62,955 nt of DNA, filler included, from Basidiobolus ranarum (GCA_040143965.1; 49 parts of 49 records of this genome joined end to end with filler, not necessarily neighbours in it); one strand, 5' to 3'; shown: positions 35,999 to 50,229, numbered from the whole stretch's first letter. Numbers and translations are program-made. Notes: generated by a model not told the origin, from the sequence alone.

Positions 35999-36697
35999 NN
36001 NNNNNNNNNNNNNNNNNNNNNNNNNNNNNNNNNNNNNNNNNNTTAATTAATTAANNNNNNNNNNNNNNNNNNNNNNNNNNNNNNNNNNNNNNNNNNNNTC
36101 TTGGAATGTTGATATTTTAAATGGTAAATAAATATACATTAAAAGCGGAAAATATTCATTATCAGGCGCTAAATTCCAGTGTTTATACACTCCTGAGGCC
36201 ATTGAACTTTTTATATCATTTGATTAGTACTAATAAAAAACCAAAGTCATGCTTAACAAGGTATAATTATTATTTAAATAATAAATCATGATGATATTGG
36301 ATTTATGTTGATTCTGTACGGAATGAACTGGAGAGGGGTTATTTGCAATCATAATGTAAAAAACTTGCTGCAGAATATTAGCATGATTGGTGTTGAAACA
36401 ATGATTTATATTTGTTTTCATATTCCTTGGGATTACACTTCATAAATGAATCGTTCAACTTAATACTTGCTCAAAACATACATCCGATATTACAAGCACT
36501 TCTAAAGAATCCTACCAAGGTGATACTTCTATACTTGTAATGTATCGAAATTTCGATTTAAAATGGTTACATCTAGCTATTTGAAGAGTGGAATAGAGTG
36601 TCTAAGTATCTAGTTTAGTGGAATGAGACAGACTTGGTGCTAGAAGATATACGATAGTCAAAGACAACATTAAGAAAGCTTAAATATTAGTTAACAA

Positions 36698-37007
36698 TGT
36701 TGAAATTAGCATTGTCTAAACACTTATATAGTCATATATAGCTTAGTACTTAGTTATCCTATATTGAACTAGGATACTTCCTCAAGAGGAATTTACTCAG
36801 AAGTTCTCGGATATATAGATTTTTCAAAGCCCTAAACTTTGCACACATGTTTCTGGGATCTTCCTTGACACATTCTACACGTCAGTTTGCTTATATCTTG
36901 ACAAAGCTATAAATGTTAACTTTCAAATCAATAAATCAAAAAGTGAAAGCCACCAATTTCTCTATTTCTCCAAACCACTTCCAACAGGCTCCCAGAATAC
37001 TTTGACA
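36698..37007 (+). mobile_element. Solo LTR family B
   Basis: TGTTGAAATTAGC...TTTGACA; matches 26243-26589. Confidence 0.85.
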
Positions 37008-37384
37008 ACAATGTACTTATCCTATTCAGCTTAAAAAGCAATCAATGGTTGTATTCACTACATCTGTGGGTGTAAAATGGTCAATTTAATTGACTTTGAA
37101 ATACCAAGTATGACATTAAAAATTCTTAGATAATTCACCATTATACCAAGTATATGTTCCGATTTTCAGTTTAGCAATAATTGACTATATAATGCTACCT
37201 AACTTAGATGTGAAGTAGGGAATAGTGAGATGTATAAAGATAGAGATAAAAAATACAATAAAGATACTAAACTTCGACATAAACNNNNNNNNNNNNNNNN
37301 NNNNNNNNNNNNNNNNNNNNNNNNNNNNTTAATTAATTAANNNNNNNNNNNNNNNNNNNNNNNNNNNNNNNNNNNNNNNNNNNN

Positions 37385-37561
37385 ATGGAGCCTTGTGGAG
37401 ACTGGGGAAGTCATTGAGAAAGGTAGTAAACAGAATAGGGCCAAGAATGGATCCTTGCACTACACCATTAGGCACAGAGTAGATAGCAGACTGCTCAGAA
37501 GGATGGGGAATGTTTGCATGTGGGTCCAGGAAGAGTGATCTAACCAGGAGAGTGAGAGAAG
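37385..37561 (-). pseudogene. Non-LTR (LINE) reverse transcriptase fragment
   Basis: Manual translation SVPNGVVQGSILGPILFTTFLND. Confidence 0.8.
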
Positions 37562-38570
37562 CCTTAACAGATATTGGAGGATTGTTATTGTAGGAAAACC
37601 ATCACAATTTTGATCCATTAGGGATTGACTGTTTGCTTACTGTCATAAAATTATCAAGTTAGATTTATTTTAATCAATATTTGCAGTTTCAGGAGTGAAA
37701 TTTCAAGACCTTGCAAAATAGTTGCACATGATTGGCTACAATCTCAGAGAACTATGGATCAATGCATGTGCAAAAAATGTAACTGAAATTTTACACATTT
37801 ACCACTTAAACACTGATTTGTTACCTTCAAAATCCCTAGTTCCTTTGCAATATTCTCCTGAATATTTTTATAGAGCTCTTCATACCCAAGGTTTAGCTCA
37901 TACCCAACACAAGTTTGTATCAATACCTCCATCAAAGCCCACTATTGTATTAACATTGTGGAATCAACATTCTTCCAGCTATCTGGCAGATACCCTGTGA
38001 TCTTGTGCCACTCTGTATTAAGTTCTTCCCAGATATCTCCATGGTCAACACTAGACTGAATGTCAAGTTGAATGTTCTTCTTCTGAAGCCACTTTCCGCA
38101 TGCTTGCATTGCATTTTCCCTTCATACTTTGAAAATAATCCTCAAGCACTTTGACTATTTTTATACATCCTTGTAGTATGACAGTAATGAGGGTGCTTTG
38201 CAGAGTTTGTGTGGCTTTTTGCTTGCCTGTAACTTTGGGGCTAACTTCAACACATTGAAAAGTGCCAGTTGAGGTTGCCCTAACAGAAATTTGAGGATTG
38301 TTATCGTAGGAAAACCGTCACAATTTTAATCCATTTGGGGTTGACTGTTTACTTACCGTCATAAAATCGTCAAGTTAGATTTGATTTTAATCACTTTTTT
38401 CAGTTTCAGGAGTGAAATTTCAAGATCTTGCAAAATAGTTGCAAATGATTAGCTAAAATCTCAGAGAACTATGGATCAACACATGTGCAAAAAACGTAAC
38501 TCAAATTTTACACAATTCCCACTTGAACGCTAATTTGTCACCGTTGACATCCCTAGTCTCTTTGAGGTAT
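37562..38570. mobile_element. Two CACTA left ends, the second (38278) inserted within the first (37562)
   Basis: CC(C/T)TAACAGA.AT starts; further copies at 28223, 49535 and 54558 (-). Confidence 0.8.
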
Positions 38571-38670
38571 NNNNNNNNNNNNNNNNNNNNNNNNNNNNNN
38601 NNNNNNNNNNNNNNTTAATTAATTAANNNNNNNNNNNNNNNNNNNNNNNNNNNNNNNNNNNNNNNNNNNN

Positions 38671-38901
38671 CCAAAATCGTAATTCAGCAATACTAAATCG
38701 GGTAACTTGGTACGGGCTGGCACGATATCTCCAAAAAAATCATCGTGTCCGATTGTGGTGGGATAGTGCCATATTGTTCCTTATGGTGTCCGATTGAGTG
38801 TTATAGGACCCAGCCATGGTAATTGACAGATTGCGCCAGATGGTTTAGTAGCAGGCTGGATCGAGCAGCATGATCTGACCTGGTCCGATGGAACAAGTCT
38901 A
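38671..38901. mobile_element. Harbinger-like end A (CpG-intact copy) inserted into LTR A at TTA
   Basis: Matches 212-442. Confidence 0.78.
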
Positions 38902-39855
38902 TTATATATATATGTGAAAAATGTGAGAATTAGCAATTCCATATTGGAAATTTCAAACTTGTCCAAATTGCCCCAAAGATAGCTCATATTACTCCCACAG
39001 ATGTTTTGAACACAACCCAAGTGTTAGCTTTCTGTATTTCCACCAAAAAGTATAAATGCTTTATTTCTGGACAATAAACAATTATCTCACAAAGCTATTC
39101 ACTACTCCACTTTTCTAAAGTTCCTCCAAACACCTCATATTTGCCCAATAGGTTAGGAGCCATGTGTTCTAACCTTCACAGCATGACAGAAACCACTACT
39201 ACCACTTTTATTAACTCAAGTGTTGAAAAGCTTGATGGAGAAAGTTACAATTTTTGGAAGTACTGCATGTGCAGTGATTCCAGACCAGAAGAGATCAAAA
39301 TTAGACCAAAAAAGCCAGAAATGTCTTTTTTTGAGATATTGTGATAGGACAAGAGGGTACAGACTGTATCACACTGAAAATACAAAGCTAATCAAGTCAA
39401 GGGACATGGAATTTTCTGAAAAAGAAAAATTTTCAATCAAAACAATCCAGGATCAAGAAAAACAATCAAAAATTGATGAAAATTCTTGTTTTTCTCAGCA
39501 GATCCTGATCAGTGAGAATAACATTGAAAATCTCACACCTGCAGTGTCCTCAACCAAGCCTGAGGGGGTTTCATTGCCTAAACAGGTACAAGAAACTGTA
39601 GTGCCAATTTCCGATCTTAGGAGATCCCATTGCATGAGATCTCCACCTGATTACTACTCTCACACAAGCCAAAAGGAGCCTAGTGCTAAATTAGCCTTTT
39701 CTGATGAACCCAAGTCAGTACAGGAGGCTATGGAAAGCCACAACACAAAGTTTTGAAATGCGGCAATGGCAGAGGAGTATCAGTCACTCACAAATAACCA
39801 AACATGGACTTTGGTTAAGTTACCTGATAACCGAAAATCAATTGGATGCAAATGG
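38902..39855 (+). mobile_element. Internally deleted Copia A: LTR, PBS and gag start fused to integrase end and RT start
   Basis: VEKLDGESYNFWK joined directly to IPDQKRSKLDQKSQKCLF; EPKSVQEA. Confidence 0.85.
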
Positions 39856-40265
39856 NNNNNNNNNNNNNNNNNNNNNNNNNNNNNNNNNNNNNNNNNNNNT
39901 TAATTAATTAANNNNNNNNNNNNNNNNNNNNNNNNNNNNNNNNNNNNNNNNNNNNTCAGAACAGGTCGGCAATGGAAGCTATTACACAGTTGAACTTGAT
40001 GGAACAGAACTCCAACTACCAGTTGCAGGGAACCTACTAAAGCTATTCAAGCCTAGGGAAAATGATTCAACCAGTTGAGTTTGAGGTGTAACTTGATTTC
40101 AATACTAAGAGAGGGGTGGATGTAGTGGAGTAGCATTGCTACCAAATGGCAGGTTGCCTTATTCCCATTCCCATCTTTTATCATTACTATCGCACAGATT
40201 CTATTTTATTAGAGTTATTTGACTTACTCATATTTTCTACGCAATCATTTCTCACAACTAGTATT

Positions 40266-41100
40266 TGTTGAAATTTAGTAAATACCAACTCATTATTTAC
40301 TAGTTAATTTATTCATATTCTAATTATTTAGCACTCAACTCTGCCATTCAAAAATGTGTGTTTATTGCTCTAACAGATAGAAATATCAATTAGATCTCTT
40401 TGACCACTTTTCACTTTTTTCTCAAAACTTCTTCAAATAACCTCAAATTTTCACCCATGCTTAACAGGTATGTTTGTTATGATCTAATCATGTCCAATAG
40501 TTCTATTACATAGTAAACTATAAACAGGACATATTCAATTCAATAAAACTCAAGTGTCTAATTTGCATATCCAAATCTTGTCCAAAACACTTCCAAATCT
40601 GGTAAACACTTTATTAGGTTATGAGCCCCAAGCTTGTTGCTAAAGGAATCTCTACCAGTACTATACAAATATTTTTTCATCCGCAGAGAAGTTTGATGGT
40701 GAAGGCTGTGAACTTTGGAAGTTCAAGATGCAAATGGTGCCAGAAGACAAGGACCTTTGGGGATTTGTCACAGGAGAAGAAATAGAGCCAAAGGGACCAC
40801 TAGAAGCTATGCTTGCCTTTCACAATAAGCAGAGGAAAGCACTCTCCAAACTTTTTGTACATCTCAGAGATTCCCAATTGAGGCACATACCATCAGCCAA
40901 AAATGTCTTGAATGCTGGGGAAACACTTCAGGGACTATGTGAGACTAAAAGTCTGGCTAATAGGCTATGTCTTAGGCAAATAGTATTCTTAATTCAGATA
41001 AATCCTGATGATTGTATGCTTGATCATATAAATTGGATAAAAAGTATGACAGATCAGCTCTTGTTCTTTGGAGTATCTTTTATTGAAGATGACTAAGTCA
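40266..41100 (+). mobile_element. Copia family E LTR (40266-40616), PBS and gag
   Basis: GGTTATGAGCCC at 40617; EKFDGE..LWKFKMQ. Confidence 0.88.
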
Positions 41101-41240
41101 TGACACTCCTCACCCCACAAGATTGCCACAAAATTCTACTNNNNNNNNNNNNNNNNNNNNNNNNNNNNNNNNNNNNNNNNNNNNTTAATTAATTAANNNN
41201 NNNNNNNNNNNNNNNNNNNNNNNNNNNNNNNNNNNNNNNN

Positions 41241-42425
41241 AAGGCAATTGGGTTCTTCACCATCATGATTGACTATAGCTTCTACTTCATATGATTCTGT
41301 AGATATTGGATCCTGTGAAGTAAGTTTTAGTGAAGAAAGTGGAAAATTCTTGGGTAGTAAGGCTCCAGTGTTATCTTGAAGTATGTAAGATCCTCCAGTG
41401 GTTCTTCTGATAATCTTGAAGGGACCTTCATACTTGAGATTAAGTTTAGATTGGCAGATAGGATCAAAAGCCATGACAAAGGAATCTTCAGGAAAACTAG
41501 TGGTCCTGTGCCTAGAAGTGTGCTTAGATATCATCATCTGTTGACTACTTTTGCTTCTTGAGTTGATTCCAGGGTACACTATATCTGTTAGAAATTGAAG
41601 GTGTTTGTCTAAGTCTTCAGTGTTGATTGGTTTGAGTAGAACATCTTGATAGTTCTGTAGTTTGTTGATTATTTTTCCAAAGATAAAGGAGAATGGAGTG
41701 AATCAATAGCAGAGTTATGGTAGAGTGCTTTGATGACTTGGTTAACAAACTCAGTTCCATTTTCCATTTGAATGATTTAGGGAAATCCAAAGAGGCAAAA
41801 TAGCTTGAATAGGGCTTGGGCAATGGTAGTAGCAAATTTGTCTGGAAGAGCTTTGAGAAAATCAAAACATGTACAAAGATCTACTATCACAAAGAGGTAG
41901 TGATTTCCAGGGTCACAGGTTGTGAAAGGTCCAGCTAGATCAATAGCAATATGATCCATAGGGAGTTCAGCTGTATTGCAGGCAAAGGGTGACATCCATG
42001 GCATGTGATATTGTAAAGTTGACATTCTCTTCAAAAACTCTACATAATCAAGGCAGGCAGACTTGGTGTTGGGCGAGTGGTATCCATTGGAGTGCAACTT
42101 CTTCAAAAGAGTATCAGCTCCAAAGTGTCCTAGTAGGTGACATTGCTGAATGAGATTATTCCTTTCATTTTGCAGTGGGAAAATTCTGTAATCTGGGTCT
42201 TCCTGGAGATCAAGTTGGTAGTAGTTGTAAGTTTGCTGATTACATCAGTAATCACATGTCCCTCCCAGGGGGAAGTTGGAAAAAGTCTGGAAAGGTGATC
42301 AGGTAGAATATTGAGAATTCCAGGGTGGTGAATTATAGTGTAATCATAATCCAGTAGAGTATCCAGCCAGTTATTCAGCATTGGTGTTAGAGTCTTCTGA
42401 GTGTGAATGTAGACAAGTGCTTGAT
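41241..42425 (-). pseudogene. Gypsy integrase and chromodomain start, degenerate
   Basis: Paralog of 28378-29460; YEGPFKI, ESYEVEAIVNH. Confidence 0.9.
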
Positions 42426-42525
42426 NNNNNNNNNNNNNNNNNNNNNNNNNNNNNNNNNNNNNNNNNNNNTTAATTAATTAANNNNNNNNNNNNNNNNNNN
42501 NNNNNNNNNNNNNNNNNNNNNNNNN

Positions 42526-43142
42526 CCTACGCCTACTGAGTCCAGAAATAAGGAAGGAACTCTGCTAGATGCTGTGTCCCACTTTTCCGCATTACCTGGT
42601 GGTGTAGAGGCCTTGGCTAAAGTCGCCTTCGGTAAAACAAAACGGGAATACTTGAAAGCCCATTCAGCCATTATTCAAAAGCCGGTCACAAAACAAGGAA
42701 TCCAGGTTCTCCGAAATGCTTTAGCCAAAGCCCCTGGATAGTAAGTACTCATTTATATGAGAATCATTATGTAATCTAATTTATTAAATCCATTTTCAAT
42801 TATAGTGGTTACTTTTTGTTCGATCTCTATGGCGGAGCAGTTGCCAGAGTTGATCCCAAAGCTACAGCCTTTGTCCATCGTGAAGATACCAAACTCGTGG
42901 TTCAAATGATTATTGAGCCACCACAGGGTAGCTCTAAAACTCAAGCTTGGTTATCCGAGGCTTACAAATCTGTAAAACCACATTTCTCTTCTTCAGCTTA
43001 CCAGAATTATATCGATCGTGATTTAAAGGATTGGCAATCAGCATACTTCAGAGTAAATTTTAAACGTCTGGTAGAGATCAAGAAGAAATATGATCCCACC
43101 AATGTATTCAATTTTGCCCAAAGTATTCCTGTTAAAGCCTAA
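42526..43142 (+). CDS. Berberine-bridge-enzyme-like FAD oxidoreductase, C-terminus; intron 42741-42805
   Basis: YGGAVARV...TAFVHR, AYQNYID, RLVEIKKKYDPTNVFNFAQSIP; GTAAGT...TAG intron keeps frame. Confidence 0.92.
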
Positions 43143-43810
43143 CATTCTTCATACTCAATTGGCGTCCAGTCAACTTTTCATCTGCAATCTTCACTATTTT
43201 CATATTGGTTTAACATTTTTGATACAATATTGATGATTTTCAATTATACAAGACAGAGTAAACAATGGAACTGGAAAATCTTCAACTATACCTGTAGCTA
43301 TAGATATTTTTTCATTGCAAATATTGATATATCAAATACTCAGGGTAGATTTCAAGTTTGTTATTTCATTCTTAGTGCAATATGCTGTCACTATTTTGGA
43401 ACAACACAAAGTGCTCTGAAAATTTCAAAGAAATATCCAGCTTATACTAGATACCCCAACAAAAATAAAATCAATTTGATCCATATCAGATCCACCATTC
43501 TGGATTGCAAAATCATCAGAGGACCATCACATTATTGGTGGCTTGCATTCTGCCAGGGATTTTGATGGTGAGACAGTGGCTTTGTGACAGTATTTTGATG
43601 GTAATCATATATGGTAAAATATTGATCCTCATAGTTAGCATTGTTGTGCACCAACATACAAAGTTATTTAACTTATGCCATATCTATACAACTTGCGTGA
43701 ATATCTGTTTNNNNNNNNNNNNNNNNNNNNNNNNNNNNNNNNNNNNNNNNNNNNTTAATTAATTAANNNNNNNNNNNNNNNNNNNNNNNNNNNNNNNNNN
43801 NNNNNNNNNN

Positions 43811-44995
43811 AGCAGATCTAACTAATATATGTCTTGGGAATAGCAGTGGGTTGCTATGTTACAGTAGAGAGTAGGTTTGCTAGGCAGCTAGGCTTGGTGT
43901 TCTCTAGATGCTAGTGGATACTAGGCTTGGATAAAAATGAGAGGGGAATATTGAATTTGTTGAGAAACATTGAGAAGTGCTGTGATCCTATATTCATAGA
44001 GACACACACTAAACCAAAAGGTTCAGTTAGCTTTATTAAATACTTTTTGATAGCAAGGTGAATTAGTCAGTGCCAAGATATTAGATGACCAATTCTGATA
44101 AAAGAAAATTTGATTGGATAGATAGATAGATAGATAAGTGAGTCATGTATCAGCTGAAGTCTTGGCAGTGAAAGATCATTGGTTATGAACCTTGTGGCTC
44201 ATATCAACTTGTGTGTAGGCAGATGACTCAGAGGCTAATACTGATTGGATAATGATTATGTGATTGGTCATATGATCTGATCGAAAGGATAAGGAAATAG
44301 ATAGTAAGTCAGGTGATAGATCACATGATAAAATCTCTGGATAAGGTCAGGTGACTAGTTAGTGATAATAATAAACTAAACAGATATTCATGCAAGTTGT
44401 ATAGATATGGTGTAAGTTAAACCACTTTGCATGTTGGTGCACAACAAACCCTCAACAGAAAATTTGGATAGAATTATTACAACAAGGCAATTGCAGGCAG
44501 AACACCATAATGATTTGAATGCAATCATAGGAAAAAACTACAAAGTTGCTATACAGGCCATGAAAAGTAATAATGCCGCAATATTGCAATTAATGCAGCA
44601 TTTGGAAGCAAGTAGCCAACAGTTAGAGAGTCACTTGACAATGATACAAAACCTTCAGAATGCTTAACTTGAGCTACAGCAACATGCTGCACCCTCCATC
44701 CATTCTCATATGGAATTTCAATCAATCCCACACCATACATATGAATGTCACCATGACAATCTAGAAGAGCAGAATATGTGTCAGACCATTAAGCCTACAC
44801 AGCAATCTGAAATTGCTTAGGCACATGAAAGTAGAAATCTCATAGGAAAACCAGCAAACCAAAGAACTCTGAATATCAGAGCTGCCATCACTTGCTCTGA
44901 TGATGAGTGGCTTAACATTTTGGAAACTGTGCGGAATCTTGCCCAAAATCACCTGGATTTGAGTCAATCATGGAAAAACCAAAAACCAGGCGTTA
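43811..44995. mobile_element. LTR family D (to 44446) inserted in the CACTA accessory ORF (44447-44995, +)
   Basis: Matches 25802-26106; ENLDRIITTR..QAEHH matches the 21937-22715 product. Confidence 0.8.
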
Positions 44996-45095
44996 NNNNN
45001 NNNNNNNNNNNNNNNNNNNNNNNNNNNNNNNNNNNNNNNTTAATTAATTAANNNNNNNNNNNNNNNNNNNNNNNNNNNNNNNNNNNNNNNNNNNN

Positions 45096-46279
45096 ATGTT
45101 GGAAATTTCAAACTCATCCAAATTGCCAAAGATAGCTCATTTTACTCCCACAGATGTTCTGAACACAACCCCAGTGTTAGTTTTCTGTATTTCCACCAAA
45201 AAGTATAAATGCTGTATTTCTGGACAATACACAATTATCTCACAAAAGCTATTCACAACTCCACTTTTCTAAAGTTCCTCCAAACAGCCCATATTTTCCC
45301 AATAGTTAGAAGTGGTTTGGAAGATTTACAGAAATTGGTGGTTTTCATTTGGTGATTTAATGAGTGGAAAATTGATATTTATAGTTTTGTCAAGATGTAA
45401 ACAAACTAATGTGTAGAATGTGTTAGAGAATATCCCAGGAACATGTGTGCAAAGTATGGGTCTTATAGTGCAGGTTTGAATAATTGTGAAGTCTAAGAAT
45501 TTCTAGGTTGGTAAAAATTATTGAAGTAAATTCCAATTGAGAATAATGAGTAATATCTTAGTGAAGTATAGGATAACTAAATACTAAGCAATATATGATC
45601 ATATAGGTGGTCAGGCAATGCTAATTTCAACAATTTCTTTGGCATAATGAGGCTACATCTTGGAATTTAAAGCAACCACCCACTGTAGTAATTTCAACAA
45701 CCAAAGCTCTATACATGGCTGGTTGTGAAGCAGCAAAAGAAGCAATATGGTTAAGAGTACTCCTACCAAATATGGGCTATTCTGAGAATTTGTTAACTAC
45801 AATATTTCAAGATAATCAAAGTTGTATCACATTGGCTAGATATCCCTCATTTCATACTTTAAGCAAACATATAAATTTTAGACATCAATTGGTTAGAGAG
45901 TCTATAGAGAATAAGCTTATTAACTTACCTTATTATTCTACAGAAGACATGATTGTTAAGGTTAGCATTGCCTAAACACAGATATAATCATATATAGCTT
46001 AATATTTTGTCATGGTATATTTCACTATCATATCATCAGTTATTCTTAATGGGAATTTACTTAGAATATTTTCATCAACCAAGATGTTCTCAGATATGAA
46101 CATTTTTCAAACTTGTAGTAGAAGGCCTTATTGGGAAAATGTGGGCTGTTTGGAGGAACTTTAGAAAAGTGGAGTTGTGAATAGCTTTGTCAAATAATTG
46201 TTTATTGTCCAGAAATAAAGCATTTATACTTTTTGGTGGAAATACAGAAAACTAACACTGGGGTTGTGTTCAGAACATC
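45096..46279. mobile_element. Nest of LTR A and LTR B pieces with a Copia RNase H fragment (45640-45960)
   Basis: EAAKEAIWL, QDNQSCI, SKHI. Confidence 0.85.
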
Positions 46280-46694
46280 NNNNNNNNNNNNNNNNNNNNN
46301 NNNNNNNNNNNNNNNNNNNNNNNTTAATTAATTAANNNNNNNNNNNNNNNNNNNNNNNNNNNNNNNNNNNNNNNNNNNNCACATGTTCCTGGGACTTTCC
46401 TAAACACATTCTACATGTTAGTTTGCTGACATCTTGATAAAACTATAAATGTCAACTTACAACTCAATACATCAATAAGTGAAAACCACCAATTTCTCTA
46501 ACTTTCCAAACCACTTCCAACAGACTGCTAAATACTTTAACATTCAGACTCAAGACTCTAGCTTGGCAGAAAAGATATAGTTTGTAGTGGATCATCTATC
46601 TACATAAGTGCCTTCATTTTCTATGTCACTAATCCTTGACATTGGCTTGCTTGGTAACCATCTTTAGATTCATTATATACATTTAAGATAGTTA

Positions 46695-47563
46695 TGTTAA
46701 AGTATTTGGGTACCTGTTGGAAGTGGTTTGGAGAGTTAGAGGAATTGGTGGTTATCACTTACTGATTTATTGAGTAGAAAGTTGACATTTATAGTTTTGT
46801 CAAGATGTAAACAAACAAATGTGTGGAATGTGTTAAAAAAGGTCCCAGGAGCATGTGTGCAATGTTTGGGGCTTCTGGCACAAGTTTGAAAAATCTATAT
46901 ATCTGAGAACTTCTAAGTTGGTAAAAATATTCTAAGTTAATTCCAAATAAGAATAATGGATAATATCTTAGTTCTATATAAGATAACTAAGTACTAAGCT
47001 ATATATGACTATATAAGCATTTAGGCAAAGCTAATTTCAACACTCTCCCTCAACCAAATAGTCATATAAACTAATCCTAATAAAGGTCTAAATTTCTCAA
47101 ATTTCTGTCTAGCTAATGGTTTGGTTAATATATCAGGAATAATGTCTTCTGTGAAACAATAAGTTAAGTCAATAGACTTATTCTCTGTAGTCTCTCTAAT
47201 GAAGTGATGCTTAATATCTACATGTTTGCTTCTATTATGAAATGTGGGTTTTTTAGATAATTTGATACAACTTTGATTATATTGAAATATTGTAGTTGGT
47301 GAATTTTGAGAATAATCCAAATCTGTTAAGAGTTATCTTCAACATATTGCTTCTTTTGTTGCTTCACAGGCAGCCATATGTTCAGCTTCAGTTGTTGAAA
47401 GTGCTATGGTAGGTTGTTTCTTTGAATTCTAAGAAATAGCTCCATTGCAGCAAAGAAATAAGTATCCCGTTGCACATCTCCTGTCTTCAATATCTCTTCC
47501 CCAATTTGCATCTTTCAAATATTGGAAAATCCACTTAACTGCTATGATTTGATCAGATCCATT
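46695..47563 (-). mobile_element. Copia family B 3' end: RNase H, PPT and LTR
   Basis: RSKHVDIKHHFIRE, DILTKPL; GAGGGAGAG then TGTTGAAATTAGC. Confidence 0.9.
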
Positions 47564-47663
47564 NNNNNNNNNNNNNNNNNNNNNNNNNNNNNNNNNNNNN
47601 NNNNNNNTTAATTAATTAANNNNNNNNNNNNNNNNNNNNNNNNNNNNNNNNNNNNNNNNNNNN

Positions 47664-48846
47664 TAAATTATGTATTTGGCAGACTTCTAGATGAAGATTT
47701 ATGCAAATCCGGACTTAACCAAAAGAATGAGGAAAATGCTTTAATAGGCTATGCAAAACTTTCCTATAAAGGTCAAAAGCACTTTAAGAAGAAAAGTAAC
47801 ACATTCTGTGATTACTGTAAAAGAACTGGCCATGTGAGCAAAGATTGCTTTAAAACAATTGCAAAAGAAGAAAAACATGCTGAATTTGGAAATGTGGTTA
47901 CAGCAGAAGATCACTTGTTCATATCTGCTCTATCTATGGCTACCAACAAGGATTCTCAGACATGGTATATTGATTCTGGAGCTTCCTGACATTTCACAAA
48001 TGAAAAACATTGGTTTGTGGAATATGAAGAAATCCCAATTACAAAGGTTTTCATGGGAGATGACCACACATTAGATGCTATTGGAATGGGAACAATTCAA
48101 GTCAATTTAACTGGAGCTTCTGAAGAGATGGTGTATACTTTTAAGGATGAACTACATGTTCCAGATATTGCCAAGAATTTAATATCTGTATGCTAGGCCA
48201 CCTCAGAAGGGCTAAAATTCAATTTTGATAAGTCAGGATGCACTATCACTGATCAAAATGGGAATTATCTAGCTTTGGGAGAAAAGGATCAAAACTTATA
48301 CAAACTTACATATAATCCAAGAAATTTATGTGTAAATATAAGTTATTCCAATCAAGAAACTATTCAATTATGGCATAAGAGATTTGGCCATATTCAATTT
48401 GATTATTTGAGCAAAATGATCAAAAATTGCCTAATTACAAGGATTCAAATTAACCTCCAAACCAAAATGGAAATTTGTGAGGGTTGTATATATGGAAAGC
48501 AAGCCAGGAAATTGTTCAAGAGCTCTGGTTTAATCAAATCTGTCAAAAAATTGGATCTAATTCATTCAAATTTGTGTGGACCCATGCAAAATTTATCTTG
48601 AGGTGGAAAAAGATATTTAGTCACATTTATTGATGATTATACAAGATACACTTGGATCTACTTTATGGAAAGAAAAGAAGAAGCTCTCTCTATCTTTAGA
48701 GATTTTAAAACACTTGTGGAGACTGCAACTGGAATTAAAATCAAGAAAATACATACTGATAATGGTGGAGAATATACTTCAACACTATTTAAGCACTTTT
48801 GCAAAGTTCATGGAATTAAGCAAGAAACTACTGCCCCCTATTCACC
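47664..48846 (+). pseudogene. Copia family B gag-protease-integrase
   Basis: Overlaps 18655-19258; LWHKRFGH, CEGCIYGKQ, HTDNGGEY. Confidence 0.92.
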
Positions 48847-48946
48847 NNNNNNNNNNNNNNNNNNNNNNNNNNNNNNNNNNNNNNNNNNNNTTAATTAATT
48901 AANNNNNNNNNNNNNNNNNNNNNNNNNNNNNNNNNNNNNNNNNNNN

Positions 48947-50129
48947 ACTTGGGGATAAGCTTACTTAGCATTATCTGATCACTTGCCTATGTCAAAGAAG
49001 AACTTAAAAAGAAAGACAAAAGTCAGCTTGCAGATGAAACAAAAACTACACAAGCATTTTATTCTCAAAATAGCCCATCAGAAAGGAGCACTATGAAAAG
49101 TTACAAATGTGGAGAACTGGGACACTTAGCACTTTATTGCAGATCAAAGAAGAAATGGGTTTCAAAGAAAAAGGAAGCATATAATCCCACTAAAAGAGGA
49201 AATGAACACTATGTACTTATGCAACCTCTAAGTCAGGAAATGACTCTACTGATGTATGAATTTTGGATTCTGGTGCAAGCTATCATATGTGTCTCAATAG
49301 AAACATAATGCATCACTATAAGGAAATAGCATCTCTGGACATCATGGTAGCTAGAAGAAATAAACTGGTTGCATATGGAATGGGAGAGGTCACACTTGAC
49401 TTACAAATAAGTAAAACCAAAAGTGTAATGGTAACCTTGGAAGATGGCTTTATACATTCCATCATTTATAACAAATCTGTTTTCAATTGGAGCAATTGAA
49501 AAGAAACATTATGATGTCAAATTCAGCCAAGGAACCCTAATACAAATTTGGGGATTTTTATTGTAGGAAAACCATCACAATTTTAATCCATTTTGGATTG
49601 ACTGTTTACTTACCATCATAAAATCATCAAGTTGGAATTGCATTTAATCAATTTTTTCAGTTTTGGGAGTGAAATTGCTAGATTTTGCAAAATAGTTGCA
49701 CATGATTGGCCACAATCCCAGAGAACTATGTATGGGAAAATATGGGTTGTTTGGAGGAACTTTAGAAAAGTTGAGTTGTGAATAGCTTTGTGAGATAATT
49801 GTTTATTATCCAGAGATAAAGCATTTATACATTTTGATAAAAATACAGAAAACTAGCACTGGGGTTGTGTTCAGAAAATTTGTGGGAGTAAAATGAGCTA
49901 TTTTTGGGGCAATTTGGACAAGTTTGAAATTTCCAATATCAAATTGCTAATTCTCACATTATTCACATACATATACATAATATATGTTTCAATTTTCAGC
50001 CAAGTGATATTTGACTAAGTAATGTTAACTAAATTATATGTTATATATGAAGTAGTTAGGTGTATAAAGATAGAGATAACAAATATGATATAGACAAAAA
50101 ACTTCAACACTCCCACTCAACTAAATATT
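48947..50129. mobile_element. Copia gag-protease, CACTA left end (49535), LTR A (-, 49731-50109) and PPT
   Basis: LDSGASYHM; repeat matches. Confidence 0.85.
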
Positions 50130-50229
50130 NNNNNNNNNNNNNNNNNNNNNNNNNNNNNNNNNNNNNNNNNNNNTTAATTAATTAANNNNNNNNNNNNNNN
50201 NNNNNNNNNNNNNNNNNNNNNNNNNNNNN

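Noticed and set aside
37722-38000. Recurrent short ORFs (also 53179-53478, 54099-54314, 22770-23123, 515-862) as a novel protein family
   Set aside because: Antisense shadow frames of multicopy CACTA sequence.
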